From an uncultured euryarchaeote (lineage in GTDB: Archaea; Thermoplasmatota; Poseidoniia; Poseidoniales; Poseidoniaceae): a DNA stretch of 18,104 bases. Below the pieces are notes generated by a model that saw nothing but the letters and a program-made list of their open reading frames with translations, was not told where the DNA came from and searched no databases. Both the position numbers and the translations under genes were made by a program. The stretch covers positions 1 to 18,104 of the forward strand of contig CALBRH010000042.1 of NCBI GenBank assembly GCA_937899865.1, in the 5' to 3' direction. This document shows, in pieces, positions 15,501 to 18,104 of the stretch (position 1 is the stretch's first letter; the number at the start of each line of letters is the position of its first letter).

Positions 15501-16659
15501 ATGCCTTTCCAGGGCGTTCAATTTTCATTTGAGTTCCAATTGTGATGAAATCATCCATTGCTAACATGCAAGCAGGATTAACTGAAGCAGCAGCAAGTCC
15601 AGAAGGTCTTGACCGACCATATCTTAATCTGAATCCTCCAGGTTCTTGTGGAGAACCAAAGACTGGTCTGCCCGCAATAATATCATTCATGAATTTAGTA
15701 ATTGGCTCAATTAGCCGGGATTTGAATTTGACTTTTTCATCATCATCATCTTTCTTATCCTTTTCAGCAAATTTTGTGATAAATTCCCACCCAGATATCT
15801 TCATCCTCTCGGTATGCTTTCGAATTTTTGGTGCTTTCAAACACATTCCTTCACCAATTACTAGTAAAACCCCACCTCTAATTCTGGCTTCGTCAATATT
15901 TCTCACGTTACCATAACCAGCACACTCGATTCTTTCCGTGGATTCACCATTGATCATCACTGGGCATGCCCTAACAATTTCATCGATTTCTTCAGGAGTT
16001 GGGCGATATTGTAAGTTGCCGCGATACAAACCGAACTCTTCTTTGACACGTTCTACTTCAGGGTCTGTTGGTTGATATCTTCCAACATTTAATTCGATTC
16101 TAATCATGTCTGCAATCAATACAGCAAGGGCTTGGGCGGTACCTCCTGCGGCTCGAATCGGCCCTGCAAAATGGACAGATACGAACTGTGAACCATCGAG
16201 ATTATTCAATAAACGAACTTCACTAATTCCTTCTAGAGGGGCGACTAGAACAGCTTCAGTAAGAATTGCCAGCCCAACACGTAAACCAACATCTATTGCA
16301 GTAACCAAATCATGTCCTTGATCACGAAAACCACGGGCAACCGATTGAGCCATCAACATTGAAGTCGTTTCACGGTCATGTTTAGCGAGCATTTTCCGAA
16401 TATCATCTGCAACTTCGTATTCTCCAAGATATTCTACTAGTAATTTTTCAGTTCTTCCTGCAAGGTCTGCCGCTCTTGGTATTTCGACAAATGGCTTGTA
16501 GTCAAGGTTTTTTCCTCTTGCTATTTCAGCAATACGATACGCATCATCGGTTTTTTCATCCATCCATTGCTGATAACTATTCATTTCGTTTTTAAGCCTT
16601 GAAATATCTAATCCATCGGTTGGATTTAGGTCGAAATTCGCATTGACCGTATCCGACAT
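12571..16659 (-). CDS. polC: DNA polymerase D large subunit (DP2)
   Basis: Motifs GLRVGLAILTEAVLVAPLEGI, FAGPIRAAGGTAQAL, GGFRLRYGRSR, RIGCRMGRPEK, FRDGTVRFD, LAPHTSGG, catalytic KRRNCDGDED, RSHFLPDLRGNL and a C-terminal CxxC Zn finger. The likely start is ATG 16659 (MSDTVN...), 1362 aa. No intein. Confidence 0.97.
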   Translation of the reverse strand: MSDTVNANFDLNPTDGLDISRLKNEMNSYQQWMDEKTDDAYRIAEIARGKNLDYKPFVEIPRAADLAGRTEKLLVEYLGEYEVADDIRKMLAKHDRETTSMLMAQSVARGFRDQGHDLVTAIDVGLRVGLAILTEAVLVAPLEGISEVRLLNNLDGSQFVSVHFAGPIRAAGGTAQALAVLIADMIRIELNVGRYQPTDPEVERVKEEFGLYRGNLQYRPTPEEIDEIVRACPVMINGESTERIECAGYGNVRNIDEARIRGGVLLVIGEGMCLKAPKIRKHTERMKISGWEFITKFAEKDKKDDDDEKVKFKSRLIEPITKFMNDIIAGRPVFGSPQEPGGFRLRYGRSRPSGLAAASVNPACMLAMDDFITIGTQMKIERPGKACAITPSSNTDGPWVVLRDGSFTRCDTIESFNEVKDDIGAIWDNGEIVIGYGEFMENNKNLVPAGYSMDWWASDLIEELSSPELVANFCSIMDLVRNECPTGVPGLSKEQFPDAALRFNVRRQWHRFLVTQQPNWLQAKEIAEKFKTSLPPSHNPWFLDLPIEWVPEFIELLKQATVEDLQADSNQNLMPKREEKCLRIKDGVINWKSDIMLEMSPAEISVDDIKEAPGPSFSVDNFIFDHKLSALWTLQQHGLAKGSALILGLAHHHDGDDLVITSGWSAMMEAFGFSIDGDKPIMIVDSKKIFEDRIAKLKLAETVLAKEELRLEELEKERAIQRISAETNARQLGKSIAETDEIGRIAAANIPDEGPKDANKFLAAQIDRDNHRVDGILPIIKKISKLRWHHSAPVRIGCRMGRPEKSAPRIMNPMAHTLFPIELNGGNQRLLSNAADKKDIRVQLGLRTCITCGKKSPMLSCHHRKIDEYGETIVGEKCGGRTEFKKELETNRRRRGEITTVPIASMIEDAMINLGLERLPNSIKCMKKIASKNQTPEALEKGILRAKYDIPVFRDGTVRFDMSDVPVTHFKPKEIDVSWKQLINLGYTHDYLGNELTSDEQMLELYPQDFIVAKNAADYFVRTAQFVDELLTRYYGLEPYYNVSAAEDLVGHLICALAPHTSGGVLSRIIGWADCSGGYAHPLFHASKRRNCDGDEDAIMLLMDGLLNFSREILPANRGGQMDAPLVLTTRLNPTEVDKEALNVDSGWYYERDFYEATQDCPHPKDIANRVDFVERRLGSVAAVRGYGFTHDCESISTGPALSAYKTLDTMIDKMNGQLDLGHILRAVDVRKVASSVIRSHFLPDLRGNLNAFARQKVRCLKCGHSYRRMPISGKCIQISKASNAGFGSLGITKSSGDLCNGNLALTVSEGAVRKYIKVTQHVMEKYGVDTYTKQNVEWLANSTDSLFQNDRARQMSLSDFL
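12574..12597 (-). other. C-terminal PCNA-interacting (PIP) box of DP2
   Basis: The terminal residues QMSLSDFL fit Q-x-x-L-x-x-F-F/L; C-terminal PIP boxes are established for DP2. Confidence 0.8.
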
Positions 16660-16804
16660 AACCCTCACTATTTGACAAGAAAGCCGACCGCTTATCAAAA
16701 ATTGCCCAAATCCGGTGTTGGAAAAATAAATCAAGGTGTTTTTTGTAATATAATTAGCAAATTGGCAAGGAAAGTTGATTATCCATTTTGCCAACCAATC
16801 ACAG

Positions 16805-17404
16805 ATGAGCACTTCACAATCAATACGAAGTCATCCAAAATGGTCAAGACTTGTTGATTTGGTTAGAGAATTAGCCTTCATTGATGGTGGTAGCGATACT
16901 GCATTTACATTGGCTAGCGGCCGACAATCTCGCTGGTTTTTTGATACTAAACCGGTGATGATGCACCCAGAAGCTAGTCATTTGATCGGTGAAATGCTCA
17001 ATCTCCGAATGGATGAATTAGGTGCTGATTTTGTCGGAGGCTTAGAATTGGGCGCCGTTCCGTTGACAGCGATTGCAGTGGCGATGTCATCTAAAGACTC
17101 GCCAAGAAGAGGCTTCATGGTTCGTAAAGAACCTAAAGGTAGAGGCGGACGTAAGACTAACAACCCACCAGGAATAGAGGGCTCATCATTGTCTGCAGGT
17201 GGAAAAATCGTCATCGTTGAAGATGTCACCACTACTGGTGGTTCTGCCATTAAGGCGGTGGAAAGAATACACAATGACACTAATTGTGAAGTTATAGCAG
17301 TAATCAGCATAGTGGACCGCCAAGAAGGAGCAGTAGAAGCATTTTCTTCGGCCGGAATAAAGTTTGAGAGCATAATGAACAGAAGCGATGTTGCTGAACT
17401 TTGA
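16805..17404 (+). CDS. pyrE: Orotate phosphoribosyltransferase
   Basis: Motifs FTLASGRQSRWFFD, GLELGAVP, VRKEPK and the PRPP-binding motif VIVEDVTTTGGSA. The likely start is ATG 16805 (199 aa); it is divergent from polC. Confidence 0.93.
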   Translation: MSTSQSIRSHPKWSRLVDLVRELAFIDGGSDTAFTLASGRQSRWFFDTKPVMMHPEASHLIGEMLNLRMDELGADFVGGLELGAVPLTAIAVAMSSKDSPRRGFMVRKEPKGRGGRKTNNPPGIEGSSLSAGGKIVIVEDVTTTGGSAIKAVERIHNDTNCEVIAVISIVDRQEGAVEAFSSAGIKFESIMNRSDVAEL

Positions 17405-17412
17405 GGGATTAT

Positions 17413-18104
17413 ATGCCTCGGATAATTCATCCCCTATCTGAGCCGAGTACAGGGTTGTTTGAAAATAATCCAGATAAGACCTCAATTGAACACTTCAAAT
17501 TTTTTCATGCTGATGAAGGAAAACCCCTAGCAACACCTTGGCAAGTTGCGCTGTCAAGAGCAATTATGTTACGAGAGTATCAATTGCCAGAAGGAATAAT
17601 TCTAGATTGCGCATGTGGTAGTGGAATCCAAATTTCAGCCTATTCAGAAATTTTGAAACGCCCAATAGTAGGAGTTGAGTTGAATGAAAACCGAGCACGA
17701 GCAAGCGCGGTAAATTTCCGTACAGTTTTCACTGAACGAGGCGATAATTCACTAGATCGATTACAAGACAGTATTATTGTCGTAGGCGATGGCCGAAACG
17801 GGGCTGAAATAATGTCAACCATTGCTTCCAAAGGATTACAAAATCAACAAGTAGCATTCCTTCATTTAGATCCAGCAAGGCCACGCAATAGTCGCGCCCA
17901 TGCACTGTCTGAGATGGCACCCAGATTAGATGAGGTATTTGCTGGTTGGAAACCATATCTTGCAACAGGAAAAACAGGGCCAGCAATATTGCTTGATTTA
18001 TCTCCTCGATTATCAGCAAGTCAAATGCTCGAGGTTGAGGACTTAGTTGAGGAGTTTTGGCCTAATACAAATAAAACTTGGACTTGGACTTCTCGTGGTA
18101 GGGG
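17413..18104 (+). CDS. Class I SAM-dependent methyltransferase (probably RNA-modifying), 5' part only
   Basis: Manual translation from ATG 17413 is open to the window end (230 codons), preceded by GAGG at 17403-17406. It contains ATPWQVALSRA, motif I ILDCACGSG (17599-17625), GVELNENRA, VGDG and motif IV-like LHLDPARP. It is not in the ORF track. Confidence 0.85.
   Translation, partial: MPRIIHPLSEPSTGLFENNPDKTSIEHFKFFHADEGKPLATPWQVALSRAIMLREYQLPEGIILDCACGSGIQISAYSEILKRPIVGVELNENRARASAVNFRTVFTERGDNSLDRLQDSIIVVGDGRNGAEIMSTIASKGLQNQQVAFLHLDPARPRNSRAHALSEMAPRLDEVFAGWKPYLATGKTGPAILLDLSPRLSASQMLEVEDLVEEFWPNTNKTWTWTSRGR

Noticed and set aside
16728-16794. AAATCAAG (same as the pckA half-site) and a TTGGCAA-N19-TTGCCAA inverted repeat in the polC/pyrE intergenic region
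   Set aside because: An AT-rich 8-mer is expected about once by chance in a window this size, and it also occurs inside polC near 15026. The 7-bp arms with a long spacer are too weak without conservation data.
16660-16812. ORF-track starts at 16812 (polC) and 16775 (pyrE)
   Set aside because: The extensions overlap each other. ATG 16659 and ATG 16805 fit better and leave a 145-bp intergenic region.
1-18104. tRNA/rRNA genes, transposases, integrases or prophage genes
   Set aside because: The longest intergenic gaps are about 150 bp and show no cloverleaf or rRNA features, and no ORF carries mobile-element motifs.

Overview
An 18.1-kb, gene-dense, AT-rich archaeal chromosomal segment. A PolD large subunit, a TSP3/PPC/CARDB surface protein and several bacterial-type metabolic genes point to Marine Group II Euryarchaeota (Poseidoniales); this is an inference from gene content. 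Gene order: 3' end of an unknown ORF (+), a ~1300-aa polytopic membrane protein (-), ATP-dependent PEP carboxykinase pckA (+), a large membrane-anchored surface glycoprotein (+), cyclophilin (+), isoaspartyl peptidase/asparaginase (+), class II fumarase with an N-terminal ribbon-helix-helix (RHH)-like domain (+), PolD DP2 polC (-), pyrE (+), and the 5' part of a SAM-dependent methyltransferase (+). The first and last ORFs are missing from the supplied ORF track. I found no RNA genes, CRISPR arrays, inteins or mobile elements. The best lead is the in-frame RHH-FumC fusion, with a perfect 18-bp palindrome over its likely promoter. Together these suggest a PutA-like autoregulatory 'trigger enzyme' located near other C4-metabolism genes.
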